DNA of 48,091 nt from Jimgerdemannia flammicorona. Its lineage: Eukaryota. Positions 1 through 13,065 of the stretch are shown piece by piece; the first letter of the stretch is position 1, and each line of letters starts with the position of its first letter. Both the position numbers and the translations under genes were made by a program. Where the stretch lies: positions 1 through 48,091 of the forward strand of contig RBNJ01000039.1 of assembly GCA_003990765.1 (NCBI GenBank), in the 5' to 3' direction. A model generated the notes under the pieces. The model saw only the letters and a list, made by a program, of their open reading frames with translations. It was not told the DNA's origin and did not search any database.

Positions 1-59
1 AAGGTTGGTCTTGTTCCAACTTCAGGAGTGTGTTCCTTGGTGCCTTCTTGGCTGGTAAT

Positions 60-71
60 CCGCTGCTACCA
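60..71 (-). promoter_or_regulatory. Primer-binding site (TGGTAGCAGCGG), tRNA-iMet type, of LTR family A element
   Basis: Reverse complement of 60-71 reads TGGTAGCAGCGG, 3 nt beyond the LTR terminus at 75. A mutated equivalent (TGGTAGTAGTAG) follows the LTR-A copy at 16928. TGGTAGC matches the 3' end of eukaryotic initiator tRNA. Confidence 0.75.
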
Positions 72-74
72 AGT

Positions 75-974
75 TGTAATAACTCTTACTTCTATCCCTC
101 TCTTATCCTTTGGATAATTAGGGAAGTGGACTATTACTTAGGGACTTAGTACACAATGTGTACCAAGAAGCCTTCAGTTTGAGGAAGCGCTCGCTTAAAG
201 TAGTTGTAGTGGCAGTGTCTTATCATTCAAAGGTCTTTCTCTGGTTTGCCTTATCTTTCAAAGGTCTTTCTCTTGTACCCTATTTTGAGGGTCTTGTTCT
301 TTTGCTATGCACAGACTGAATTCACCTTGGAATTCAGATTTAATGGGTTTACTTAAGTCTTTGGGGATTTATATACTGGTCTCAGTTCTGGCAGAAGTTA
401 GCTAGGCTTCTGGAGTTTAGTCAGAAACACTAGAGTCACTTAGATGTCATTACTAAGACTCAGGGGAATGTGTATGTGTAGGGGGGGACTTGATTCTTAT
501 ATCAAGGACTAAACTAAAACTGCTATATTTCAGATGGAAACTGGGGGGTATTTATACAAGTTGGTCCGCGATTTCTGACTAAGTATGAGTGACTAATTTG
601 GTAACTATAATGAGGTTTGTGATTACGACCTTTGTCAGGTGGTTTTTGGCAAAAACAACTTTGTGATCAGGACCTCAATTACTAGGCAATGATCAGCAAT
701 TGTGGCAACTGTGGCTGTGGTGCCGATTGATGGGGATAAGCTGGATATCGTTTTCCATGTCATTTCGCATCATTCATTCATTATTCATATGTCGCGCTTC
801 ATTCGTATGATGACGTCATTACTCGTTGGGTCACGTGATCGCTCGTTGTTTGTCATTTGTCATTTGTCGTTCATCGTTTGTCGTTTGTCATTTGTCGTTT
901 GTCGTTTGTCGTTTGTCATTTGTCGTTCGTCATTCGTCGTTCCCATCTGTTCACTCATTCATTCGTTCTATTAC
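75..974 (-). mobile_element. 5' LTR (family A, 900 bp) of an LTR retrotransposon whose body runs off the left edge of the window
   Basis: TGTAATA...TATTACA inverted termini; reverse-complement match to 4683-5417 and 16185-16924; adjacent PBS; internal (TCGTTTG/TCATTTG)n tandem repeat at ~840-965. Confidence 0.9.
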
Positions 975-1049
975 AGAAACCAACAAACTGAACCTACTCA
1001 GCCAGGTTTCCACACCACCCCACTCTGAGACAACCATCAAGGTCACCTA

Positions 1050-1487
1050 ATGAGTCTTATGGAGATATTTGAAGGACCACCCATCACTATAGAGACACCC
1101 ATTGGAGCTACCCCAACCACCCACCACCCTGTCAGCCACAATTCACACCTCATCATTTGGGAACCGAATCAAGAAGAAGCCCAAGAAGTTCCTGTCTTTG
1201 AAGAGGAGGCCCAAGAACTCCAAGACCCTGCCCCTGAAGAAACCCCCTCTGACACTGAAACTGACGAGCCTTCAGAAGAAGAAGAGGAGCAACAGAGAGT
1301 CTACCAGTCCTCTGTCTGCATTCAAGCTGTTCAAGGGTTGGAGAATGTTGTTGAAGATGACTGGCCACTTTTCTATCCCCTCATCTCTTGGCCGGTGCTT
1401 CCCCCCTTTGAGAAGAGATATGATGAAGAAGAAATCACAACCCAGCAAGATTTGCCCACCACGGATGAAGGGTACTATTTCCTCTAG
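1050..1487 (+). CDS. Acidic low-complexity ORF (145 aa), probably retroelement/LTR-borne, function unknown
   Basis: Open ATG-TAG frame rich in E/D/P/T, followed by LTR-like tandem repeats, TATAAATA (1858) and GTGAATAAACC (~1880). No recognisable domain. Confidence 0.3.
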   Translation: MSLMEIFEGPPITIETPIGATPTTHHPVSHNSHLIIWEPNQEEAQEVPVFEEEAQELQDPAPEETPSDTETDEPSEEEEEQQRVYQSSVCIQAVQGLENVVEDDWPLFYPLISWPVLPPFEKRYDEEEITTQQDLPTTDEGYYFL

Positions 1488-1518
1488 AGTACCGCCCATC
1501 AGCCGTGAGAACCCAGCT

Positions 1519-1730
1519 TTTGTCAGCAAGTCCATTTCCAGCATTGCTACCCTGTACTACTGTTTTCAGCATTTTGTCAGCAGGTCCGAATCCAGCATTG
1601 CCACTCTCCACAACTGCTTCTGGCAACAATCATCGTATCATGTCAGCCCATCCAAATCCAGCATTACTACCCAGTACTACCATTTTCAGCATTTTGTCAG
1701 CTCATCCAAATCCAGTGTTGCTATCCCCTA
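1519..1730 (+). repeat. Four imperfect 54-66 bp tandem units (TGTCAGC...TCCAGCATTGC), U3-like
   Basis: Units start at ~1521, 1575, 1641 and 1695, upstream of TATA and polyA-like motifs. Confidence 0.7.
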
Positions 1731-4169
1731 TAACCCAATCTGTAGTAAACAATAGCCTGCACCTCGCATCATACAAGCCAATAGCATAGCGAAGTTTGCC
1801 ACAACGTAGTATACCTTAGCCTTAGTCGCGCCCCCTCTCTCATAGCTAGCAAACTTGTATAAATAACCCATATTCTTAGAGTGAATAAACCTCAGTCAGC
1901 TTGTGTTTAAAAGTAAAAAGGATTACAAAGAAACCACTACCTCCAAGAGACCGGATAAATTCTGAGAACAAGATAACAACCTAGAGCAACAGATCACTCG
2001 GAAGTTTGAGTTAAAGAATTTTCTCTTGCCACAGAAAGAAAGAAAACATTACCCGACCGCCATTTGGACTGCCGCCATTCGACCGCCATTCGAGATTCAA
2101 GACCCGGAAACCCAAGGATACTCAGCCAAAGGATACTAGACCGCCAAAGACAAGACTGCTGCCAAAGACCCGAATGACCGCCACAAACCATTTAAAGTCA
2201 AGACAGACGAGCGAGCCATCAACCTCCGTTTCCCGACCTACTGCGCCACAGACTGCTTTAATTGACTGCATAAAGAGCAAGACCGTCAAGACCATTGCTG
2301 CATAAATTCAAGTTTGCTGCCAAGTTAATCGCCACCAGGAATGCCCTTTTCCACTGGATATTGAGCTATTGAACAATCAAACGACCTCATCCACTAAACA
2401 ATTGAGCCACCATTGTTGAACGATCTCCCACTATTATTATTACCGCACGAATCAAACGACCTGTCACGTGACCATCAACCCATAATCATCGCGAATGCAT
2501 TCAGTTATACATCGTGCGCTTCACCAGTGGCACACATTGAGCCATGCAGTCGAAGTTCATTATACATAACCAATGCCACAATAGTATATCTGTGAGAACT
2601 GAGGAAGGGGTTGGCAAAATGATAGATAGTGTGTAAGAAGTATCAGGAGTTAATAAAAGAGTAGAATAAAGAGAACTGTCTGAAGATACTGATAGTTCTG
2701 AATGCTCAACAGGAGGTAGAGGATGAACTAGAGATAGAGAGAAACTTGGATATAGCTAAAGATAGAGTGAGTATAGAACTGTAGAGAAGTTTTTTCTCTT
2801 ATATATATTATCTTCTTTATGAACAGTATGACTAGAATATTCTTCTTAAATATTAATAGACTTAGAGGAATAGTGGGAAAGTAGAATATTTTCTCTTGAC
2901 TGAAAAAACTAAAAGCAGATCTTTTTCTATTATAGAATATAAGAGGTGATGAGGACTTAGATATATAGGATTAGACTTAGGAATGAGAGGAAGAAGTAGT
3001 GGTATAGTAGGACAAGATAGATATACTTGTTCAAAAAAAAAAAAGAGAAATATTGTAAGAATCAGACATTGGAAGGAGAGGCTGGTGTGAGGAACTTGGA
3101 GAAGACAAGATGAGACCTGATAATAGTTGGATTCTGCTACTATCTAGCAGAAAGGAGAGTCTATATAAATTGGCTTACTAGATTGTAAGAGTCAGGTGGT
3201 CTAGTTGTAGCAGAGGTCAACTGTCTGAGAGATGACTTCAATATAGTCTATAATGAAAGGGTGAATAGAACAGATGGTAGAAAGGAGTTGTCTGGGAGGA
3301 GTGGGGGCTTAGATAACTAAATGAAAATTAAATGACTTGGCTATCTTATAAATGTAGGCAGATAGGGCTGAGATAATTGCTAGATATTCATATATTGGGT
3401 AGATGACCTTGACTCAAAGATTGACTGGGTCCTGACTACTGAGTACTAGAGAGATAATATCTGAGAATTATTGAAAGTTAAATTGTACTTCTGGTTAGAT
3501 TATTGAGATCTTCTGAAGTATAGAAGATTTAGAGAGTATAGAGAGAGGTATAGATATTAGTATCTGAATTTAGTACTACTAGATAAGCCATCATTATAGG
3601 AGGCTTGGGTGGCAAATATTATACCTAAGATACTTACTTAGAGAGAGAGGACTTACTATTAGTAATCAGTAGTAGAGGCTGAAGTCTGATGCTTAGTATT
3701 TCTGAAGAAAAACTGAGAAAATAAGGAGTATTCAGAGAAGAGTAAGGGTGTGATAGATCTCATACAGATTGAAATGGCTCTTAAAGAGATGGGCTGACCT
3801 ACTGAAGGCTGAGAAAGTGACAGATTAGAGGGTTCAGTATACCCAGCTAAAGATAGAGAAGCTATAATATATATTATAAACTGAGAAGAGCATATAAGTA
3901 TAAGATATGATAGTCAGACTATAATGATAGAATCTGGAGGAAGAGGAGAGACTAACAATTCTGTCAAGACTTCTTTAAGTAAGGAGAGTGTATCAGTACT
4001 AGAATAGAGTATTGAATAAGAAGAGAGAGAGATCAGATATTCTAAACCAACTAAGTGAGAGGTGGGAATCACTGTAAAGTGAGAAGGAGGGGGATGAGAA
4101 TGTGCAGACAATTGAGTACCATCTAGAGAACTGGTAGAGTTGGAAGACCTAGTTCAGAGAGAGGAGATT

Positions 4170-5700
4170 CTTAAGATCTTAGTAGAGACTAGTCTCAAGA
4201 TAATCTCTAGAGGATAAACTACTCTGGGACTTCTGAAAATAAATAGCAGAGGTAGAGGTGGTCCTGAAGGAGCTGTGGCTGATGTATAATAAGATCATTG
4301 ATTCTAGAGTATAACTAGGAGACCAATATCTAGAACTGATAGCTCTACTATTTAAGGATAAAGAGAAAAGAGAAGAGTGGAAGAACTGACAACTGATCAT
4401 ACTATTAGACATAGACCAAAAACTAATCATAAAAGTCATTGTAGTATAGCTACAGAGAGTAGTCCAGAGGGTACTGGGTGAGGAGCAGTGGGGCTTCATT
4501 AGGGGCTATTTGATTTGAGATAAAATAGCCTAGATCCATAGTATCATAGAAGGGGCCAGGGCTGCAGAGATGGATGAACAGCTGGTTTTTCTCAACCAAA
4601 AGAGGTATATGATCAGGTGCAGAGAGTGTGGTTGAATAGGGTGCTAAAATGTATTGGCATTCCTTTCAGCTTTCAGTAGTCCTGTAATAGAATGAGAAGA
4701 CGCGACGAGCGATCACGTGATCCGGCGATGACATCACAATCGAGCGTGACATATGACGAACGTAATGAACGAGACGCGAATGACACGAATGATGCAAATA
4801 AACGATATCCAGCTTAACCCCAGCAACCGGCGCCACAGCAATCACTGCAGCAACTGATCATTACCTAACAACAAAGGTCCTGATCACAAAGGTCTTGATC
4901 ACAAAGGTCACAATCATAAACCTCATCCATAGTTACTAAATTAGTCCTCATATTTAGTCAGAAATTGTGAACCAACTTGTATAAATACCCCCCAGTTTCT
5001 ATCTGAAATAAAGCAGGTTTTAGTTCAGTCCTTGATATAAGAATCAAGTCCCCCCTCCATACATGCATTCTTCTGAGTCTTAGTAATGTCACTTAAGTGA
5101 CTCTAGTATTTCTGACTAAACTCCAGAAGCCTAGCTAACTTCTGCCATAACTGAGACCAGTATATAAATCACAAAGACTTAAGTAAACCCCCTGATTGAA
5201 TCTGAATTCTAAGGCAAATTTAGTCTATGCACAGCAAAGAACAAGTTCCTTATAACTATAGTTATCAAAAAGAGCATTGTTACTATAACTACTTTTAAGT
5301 GAGTACTTTCTTATACTAAAGACTTCTTGGTACACTTGTATACTAAGTCTCTAAGTAATACCTTATTTTCCTAATTATCCAAAGGATAAGAGAGGGGTAG
5401 AAATAAGAGTTATTATAAGTTCTTAATCAGTCTATTGGAGGGAAGTAGAGTAGCTATCTTAGTTAATAGATACTAGAGAATATCTTTCTCTTTGAATAGA
5501 GAGATATTGCAGAGTAATCTACTGTTACCTATTCTCTATATTCTCTCTTTGGAATTTTTGCTAGACTGAATTAGATATAGGGTAGGAAGACTGATAGTAC
5601 TTAGGGTGAATTGGAATATAAGAGTCTTTATAGATAATATAGTTATTAGACTAAGCTCTATAGAGGATATATATAATAAAATTATATTTCAATATTATAA
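4170..5700 (+). pseudogene. Degenerate non-LTR (L1/Tx1-like) reverse transcriptase, interrupted by a solo LTR
   Basis: Translates LIALLFKDKEKREEWKN*QLIILLDIDQKLI (ancestral KNWRPITLLDTDRK), then EQWGFIRG and an FLDQEKAYDRV-like motif. After the LTR come QGDPLSP-like (QSNLLLPILY) and FADD-like (VFIDNI) motifs. Many transition-derived stops. Confidence 0.8.
4683..5417 (+). mobile_element. Solo LTR, family A
   Basis: TGTAATAG...TTATTATA termini; 5-bp TSD AGTCC/AGTTC (one C>T); homologous to 75-974. Confidence 0.9.
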
Positions 5701-7929
5701 AGGATAATATCATTAAGCTAACATCATCAGATTTATATCACTAGCAAGATTACTAGAACACTCAAGAATTATCAGAAAAAAAAACTTCAGTTTATATTTA
5801 CTAGTTTATATTTATAGTTGTTTGAGTTTATATTATTTAATATAGTTTAAGTTTATAGTTTTTTAGTTCATATTACTATATATTTCTGTCTGTATACTTG
5901 CTATTTAGTTCATATGACTGTATTTTCAAGAAAACAAATCTGTTAGTATCTACTAGTTCATGTCTGTAGTTATTTGAGTTTGTATTATGAAATTGTAGTT
6001 TATATATTACTATATTTTTAGCAATTTAGTTTATAAAATATGTATATAGAAATTTGAGACTTAGTTTGTGACTAGTAAGCATGACTATCTGGATAAGAAA
6101 AATGATAAACAAATAGAGGATAATAAATAGAAAATATATCTGCAATTCAACTATTCTAATTTCCCAATTAATATTCTTAATACTATTGACAAAATCCAGA
6201 TATTTATTGCTATATAGGTAAGATAGAAAGAAATATAAATTATAGTCAATAAAGGATTATTTTATATAAGTAAAGTAAGAATAATACTATCACTACCTCT
6301 AGTTAGTAATAAAGAGTGTTCTAATAGTAGAGAATAAATCTTAATAAAACAAAAAGCCACTGTTCACACCAAATAAAATACTAAGTATTAAAAGTGATAG
6401 TGACTTCTAAAAAAAGCCAAATGGACTAATAAAGTCAATAAAACACTTTAACAAATTAGTACTACCCTAGACAAGCTTAAGATGTAGTTTCTGGACAAAA
6501 CTCAGAGCTAATAAACTTAATCAAAACATACTCTAAATTGTATAAATATGCTACCAATACTACCTCTAAAGATACTATTATAGAATATTATCTATTTAGT
6601 AAAAAATTATAATATAATAAATAAATTCAATATAATAAGACTAAGAAAGAATGAGAAATAGTAATTATCCATTTGATTAAAAATATACTATCTTATCTTA
6701 CTGAAATAGAAGAAGACCAAAAGTAAAACAACATAGTCAAAGAAGTATATCAGATTTATAACATAACTTCTCACCTAACATCAAACCAGATCTGTCATCT
6801 ATAAGAAGTAAGTAAATAAGATTTAACTCAAATATAGAAAGATGAGATATATTTACTATATAAAATATATCTGTAATAAATCTATGAACTATACTATAAA
6901 TACTACTATACTATAAATATTATAAATAATGAATACTATAAATACTATATACAAAACTATATAAATCTCAACTTATATCAATAATGATTTGATTTTAATA
7001 ATAATCTATAGACTCTTATATTATACACAATTCACTATTGAATATATATTTCTAATACTACTACACATTCTTTGAATAAAAACTGATCACAATTACAAGT
7101 AACACTAAGTTTGTATGACTATATTTTTGATCTATATACTTGATTATTTAGTTCAACTATATGTTTATAAATAAAATATATATTTAAAAAAAGTTCTCTC
7201 ATAATATATGATCTATATACTTATTTACTAAATATAAACAAAAAGAATATATATTTAATCTACCTACTAAGTTCTTTCTTACTAAATTATATTTCTTAAA
7301 CAAGGATTATATATTATTATATAGTAGGTACTAAGTTCTCTAAGTATATCAGATTTTCTTTAAGATATATCTCTTAGACCAATTATAAATTTCTTATAAG
7401 CAAGTTCTATTGGAGTATCTTCCCAAGGTCTTATAGTCCTTAAACTTCTTATCTTTAAACTATTCTATTATCTCCTAGATTTGCTTGCTTGGAATTAAGT
7501 AGAGGACTAGAACTTCTATACTTCTTAAGTAGTTAGAGACTTGAGTATTTATAGTACTCCAAATGAGTCAATTTGAATCAAATCTAGATTTAATTCATCA
7601 CATAATAGTTTGATCCAAATCTCAAATCTGAAGCCATCTGAATCAACTTGGATTAATTCAAATTACCTCATCCAAATTACTTCATCTAAATCATCCATCC
7701 AAATCATCCTATCTGAACTACCTTATCTGAACCACTCAATCTAAATCACTCAATCTGAATCACTCAATCTGAATTCTTCAATTCAAATCCTTCAATTCGA
7801 ATCCTCTAATTCAAATCCTCCAATTTGAATCTTCTACATAACTCATATACTGGATGCATCTATATATATAATATATATATATGTAAATACACAAACACAT
7901 ATATTGACAGATTAGTCTTCAGCAGTTCA

Positions 7930-10473
7930 TAGTACTGATGATATTTCAAGTTAAACATCCTTGATAGTTCCACACCTTCTATGTAATTCTTGCTCTGAAA
8001 TCTGGCAACATTGTATTAAGATAGGAGATGATGTTGTTTGTAATTATTATAGGTAAAAAATTAAGATGCACCTATTGATATAACTGACACTTTTGTTTAA
8101 TATACACATAATACTATTTCATTTACCCCCATAAACTGCACCAGTTAGAAGTTCAAAATACTTAGTAGTATGACTTTGAACATATATTGATACATAAAAG
8201 ACAAGTACTTTGATAAAATCAAAAAGAACATGGAGATAAATAAAATTGATATCTAAGCTATAGTGAGTACATTTATCCAATTGCCTGACTATTTCTATAT
8301 CAATAACTCTATTTAATTAAAAATATTTAGCCATACTTTTTGGCAGAATTTTGAAATTGGCTCATTTGCTGAATTATATACATAGACCAGCCATTCACAA
8401 TCATCAAAAGTGATCAATTGTATAGCATCTTTGGTCTTCTCAAGTATGATTTATATTTGCTAAGTGCTAATACTATTTACAAAGATATCCTAAAGGCCTA
8501 TAGGAAGGAGTATAACAATCTCTGCCAAATACTTCAGGTAAAATAAGAGCAGTACCATGACCTTTGCAAGCTGAATTATATATATATTTTTATAAAGAGC
8601 TCACCAATTTAACCTCATATTCAATAAGCAGAATTTGGCAGACAAAATTTTGTTTACAATCAACATATGGGTATCCACCAATGTAATTTCATTTCTGAAT
8701 ATTACTAGTTATTAGATTGACCTCAATTGGTAGCTTAAATCTCTTACTTTGACTTTATCAAACTTGCTGGCCCTCATTCTGGAGACAATATCACAGATAC
8801 TTTTATTAGTTATATCTAGGAGCTTGGGATCACAACCAAGGTAAAAAAGAAGGACTTGCTATTAGGTTGGTATTTTGAAAGAGATCCTAAAATAAAACAG
8901 ATTTTATTGGTTACTTATTTTCACATAAATTTGTCAACCAAATATTTCAAGTACAGATTTTGGCCATTATAACAGATAATGCCACAAATAACTCAACATT
9001 TTTCCAAGTTTTAGCAGCCAGCCTCAAACAGGAAAACATAGTCTTCAGTACAGAAAGCTACTATATACAACATCAGGCCCATGTACTGAACCTCACTGTT
9101 CAGGACTATCTTATGCATATAGACAAAACATCTGAGAGAGGAGGGGCCCTGAGTATAATTTCCAAGCTGTGCAAACTGATTGTATCAGTCTGATCATCCC
9201 CACAACAATAAGACAAATTCACTGTATAGTGTAGAGCAATCAGTTTAGCCTTGAAAGAGCTTATATTGGATGTCTGTATACATTGGAACTCAATATTTAC
9301 AATGATCCAGCACATGCTGGAGTTTGCTGTAGTATGCATTCTTTTTTTCTTCAGTTGGCTGAAGTAACTTATTTTGGATAATTGAAGATTTTTTTTTTTT
9401 TTAAAAAAAAAAAAACAAAAAAAAACAACAGATTCAACAGTGACTGCTGACAAGGAAATACAGAGCAAGGCTCTAAATGAAAGTAAGTGGGATGTACTTA
9501 GGAATATTGTCAGAATTTTGGAAGTAAGTGGTAATTACTCTAGCTCTACACTCATTTTATCTGCCTCTATATAATATAATACCTCACCACATATAACTGT
9601 CAGTGTTTCAATAATTATATGAAGGATATAGTCAAACAAATGACCCTGACAATAAGCTCTGCAATACCAGTATACAACCTTCTGATTGACCAGCTAGAGG
9701 ACAAGCTTAAGGATAGGCTGAAGGGTTGCAGTAATTTACAGTTAAGTCTGGATCAGAGAGATGCCATAGAGGTTGCTCTAAGTAAGCTCAGAAAATACTA
9801 CTTCAAAACAGATACCACCATATACTCAATCAGTACAGATATGTCAGCATGTGGCCATTACCCCTTCTAAAACAGAGAAATCTCTATAAAAACTCACTCT
9901 TCTTTTCTCCAAACAGTGCTGGACCCATGCTTAAAGCTATAATACTATAAAGATCAGAGCTGGGAGCAGCACTTCATTGAGAGAATCAAGTAGGCCATAA
10001 TTGAAATATACTGGAAAAACTATATACTGTTGCAAGAAGTTCAGACAAATATACTGCGAGATCCCTTCTGTCTCATATTTACTTCAGCAGAAAAAGGAAG
10101 AGGGAGCCATTAGCAGAAGAGCTGCCATCAATAAAAAAACTTACCATTTACCTTACCAGTGACCATGTGATCCTGCTGGAGGGTACAGAGATGCTCAACT
10201 AGTAGAAGATGGGTTATTAGGTGAGTGTTGGGCCAATTTAACCCATCAATCTAACCACTGCTCTACCCACTAAAGTATATAGCTGTATCAAACAGACTTC
10301 TCCAGCCTATATGATATGGCTCAGGACTATCTGGCAATTTCTGTCTCCAGCACTCCTATTGAGCAGGTGTTCTTAGGTAGAGTAGACCTCATTGCTCCAA
10401 AGAGATGTATGCTGAATACTGAGATAATCTAGACATATATGTGTCTAAAGTCTTAGTGGGGCTCAGGCCACTA
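7930..10473 (+). pseudogene. Intron-containing hAT transposase (BED finger, DDE core, hATC dimerisation domain), inactivated
   Basis: EIWQHC...VVCNY (BED-like), ILAIITDNATNN, HQAHVLNL (CxAHxLNL), a WNS-type motif, VLDPCLK, and MAQDYLAISVSSTPIEQVF...CLKS*W. Several GT..AG introns (e.g. after 8840 and ~9523). Start approximate. Confidence 0.9.
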
Positions 10474-10724
10474 AAATTTGGCAGGTCCTAGGGATTTATG
10501 GATAAGTTGGTTGGCCTTATGGAATATTTAATATCTTTCAAAAATAAAAGAAAAAAAAACCTAAAGACTTGGCCCAGAGTTTGTAGCCCAAGTGGAGCAG
10601 TAGTCAGTGGGGTTGGCAGTAGCAGAGAGAGCATGCAAAATTTGTAACCCTCTGCCAGCAGTAAGGAGTAGCCCCAAGCTATCAGTATCTGAGTTAGTAG
10701 ATGGGTTAGTGGGCACAGGGTTGG

Positions 10725-12216
10725 TGTAAGTGCACAACCTCCAAGCCACCAAAATCACATGGCATCCTCAGAACTAATTTGGAAACCACATACAAAACTA
10801 CAAAACAAGTTACTGAAGAGATCATCTGGTTACACAAAATATGCCAGTAAGCATAAGAACTCACCACCAAGATACAAGAATACTAGAAGAAGTACTATAA
10901 CCATAAAACTGACTCTGAACCACTATAACTAGTTTGGTGTACTGTACTATTACAAAAGAAAACCAAAAGTACCAAACTCAAATCGAGACAAGAAGAACCC
11001 TATCTCATCTACCAAAGGTTTATGAACTACACTTATCAACTCAAGACCAAGATATACTGCAACTATACAAGACCTCATTACTAGTAGAAGCAAAACACAT
11101 TTGAACAACTCCATTTGCTCTATCTGTGTCACCTCTATTGGAGAGTGATGGATGCTTCATCTGAACTCAAGAAAGCCAACATCGTCGAAACCAATCTCAA
11201 GTCATCCATATGATAGATATTACTACTAGAAATTACCTCAGATTATAGAAAATATCATTTCTGAGAGGTTCAAACCCCCAGCTGCAACATTGGGAGCCCT
11301 TGCTCTAGATGAGAATGGCCAGTCCTCGCAAATATACCAGCAGACCAAAAAAAAAGAAACCAAGACCTGTTATCCTTATACAACTACCACCACCAAGGAC
11401 AGCCTTAATCTTACAAGAGATAGAAGTGATGACACCTTTGAAACTGATGATGTCAGAAGTCAAAAAAACTGCTCAGACTTCACCAGTGATGATATCATCA
11501 ATAGTGATATCATCAAAGACTAACCAGACAGCACCTAAACCTATAAATAGCTTAGCAGTCATAGTATAGTTAGATTAGCCTTGTAAAATGTAACTGTGAA
11601 CTGACTCAGCAGTCAGATGATCTCTTGATATGTCAGATCACACTTGTACTACATAACTGTATTTCAATTCAGCAAGGCACTTAGTGCTATATCCATATTC
11701 AGTATAGTTCAGATAGCCTCTTACTAGTATAAATACCCCCTCCCCCAGACCTCAGAATCTCAGATCTGAACAATCCAAACACAACTCCTGAGTACTTCCC
11801 CACAATATCCCTTTATACAACTACTCTTAGTATAACAATATCATGAATAGTGAATAAACCTATTTAATAACCCACAAACCACTCTTAAGTAAATCTGCTC
11901 TCCATTAAATTCTACTCCTAACTCCATCATGAAATTGCCTAATTGGGTATTGTCTGCAGTGATATGCCAATTCAAGTAAGCTGGTCTTAGTTTCTTGAAC
12001 TTCCTGAAATATGAAAAATCCTGAACATCTGAAACTAGTCCAAAAAAGGACTTTGGTTGAGATGTCAACTTGATCTTGAAATCAATAAGCATAGAGGACA
12101 TACTCCATATGAAATTGATCTTGACCATAAGAAAATGATCTTCCAGAACATTTAGAACTTCCAGAAAACCCTTCCAGAACTATGTAATGGTTACTCTAAA
12201 AAGCAACCCTCTTATA
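10725..12216 (+). mobile_element. Solo LTR, family B (1492 bp), nested in hAT copy 1
   Basis: TGTAAG...CTTATA termini; 5-bp TSD GTTGG on both sides; absent from hAT copy 2; 3' half homologous to ~32650-33346. Confidence 0.9.
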
Positions 12217-13065
12217 GTTGGTGGAGAGAGCATACAAAATTTGTGGCCCTCTACTAGCAGTAAGGGAGCTCTAAGCTATAAGTGTCTGAGATGGGGGAGT
12301 TGGCAGAGAGGGGAGTAGGCAGAGGGAGCACACAAAATTTGCGGCCCTCTATCAGCAGTAGAGATAGCCCCAAGCTGTCAGTGCCTGGGTCAGCTCCAAG
12401 CTGTCAGTGCCTAGGTCAGTGGGCAGGATCAGTTGGTAGAGTTGGTGGGCACAGAGTTAGTGGAGGAAGCATGCAAAATTTGCAACCCTCTGCTGGCAGC
12501 AAGAGATAGCCCTAAGCTACTGTCTGGGATGGGTGGGGCAGGCAGAGGGAGCATATAAAATTTACAGTACCAGTAGTCTGTATCTGGACCAGGGGTTGGC
12601 AGAGTTGGCAGAGAGAGCACACAAAATTTGTAGCCCTCTACCAGTAGTATAGGAGTAGCCCCAAGCCACCAAGAAGTCCAAGTCTAGGTTGGAGAGTGCT
12701 TCTGGCAATCAGAGGGTACTTCTGGCAGTTCGAGGGTATTTCTGGCAGTCAGAGGGCATTTCTGGCAGTTGGAGGGTACTTCTGGCAATTGAAGTCTACC
12801 ACAGATTCAGGCTCTATCACTAGTTCAGGTCCCATGGGCACTCTGGTCCTGTACTGCAGCACTGTACCAGCAGTACTACAAGAGTAGAGCCAAGGGGCTG
12901 GTAGGGCCTGATATAATAGCTAAACTAGTGCTACAGAAGAGGTGCCCAGCTGCCAGCCCAACCTATATAAAATAACTGCTAAATCCTTATAAAAGATTGC
13001 TTAATCCTTATAAAAGATTGCCTAACCCTTACAAAAGATTGCCTAACCCTTACAAAAACTGCTCC
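12217..13065 (+). repeat. Internal hAT repeat region: hairpin repeats (GAGRGAGCRYRCAAAATTTGYRGCCCTC) plus two ~20-bp tandem arrays
   Basis: Core motif at ~10630, 12230, 12328, 12468, 12551 and 12617; (GAGGGTACTTCTGGCAGTT)x5 at ~12690-12795; (TGCCTAACCCTTACAAAAGAT)x4-5 at ~12960-13060. Equivalent region at 27960-28710. Confidence 0.85.

Noticed and set aside
60-71. tRNA gene
   Set aside because: Only a 12-nt match to a tRNA 3' end (PBS); no cloverleaf.
702-1050. Hydrophobic Cys/Arg repeat ORFs (108 aa, 74 aa)
   Set aside because: Translations of the 7-bp tandem repeat within LTR-A.
2590-4170. Purine-rich degenerate coding-like sequence (also 15468-16184 and 22300-22920)
   Set aside because: Probably TE relics, but no diagnostic motif was recognised, so they are left unannotated.
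5720-7540. Possible DNA transposon relic with short repeated motifs (TAGTTCATA / ATGAACTA)
   Set aside because: Too degraded; no convincing TIR, TSD or protein motif could be established.
12220-12680. Palindromic repeats with spacers (CRISPR-like)
   Set aside because: Spacers are related to each other, spacing is irregular, and the block lies inside a TIR/TSD-defined hAT element.
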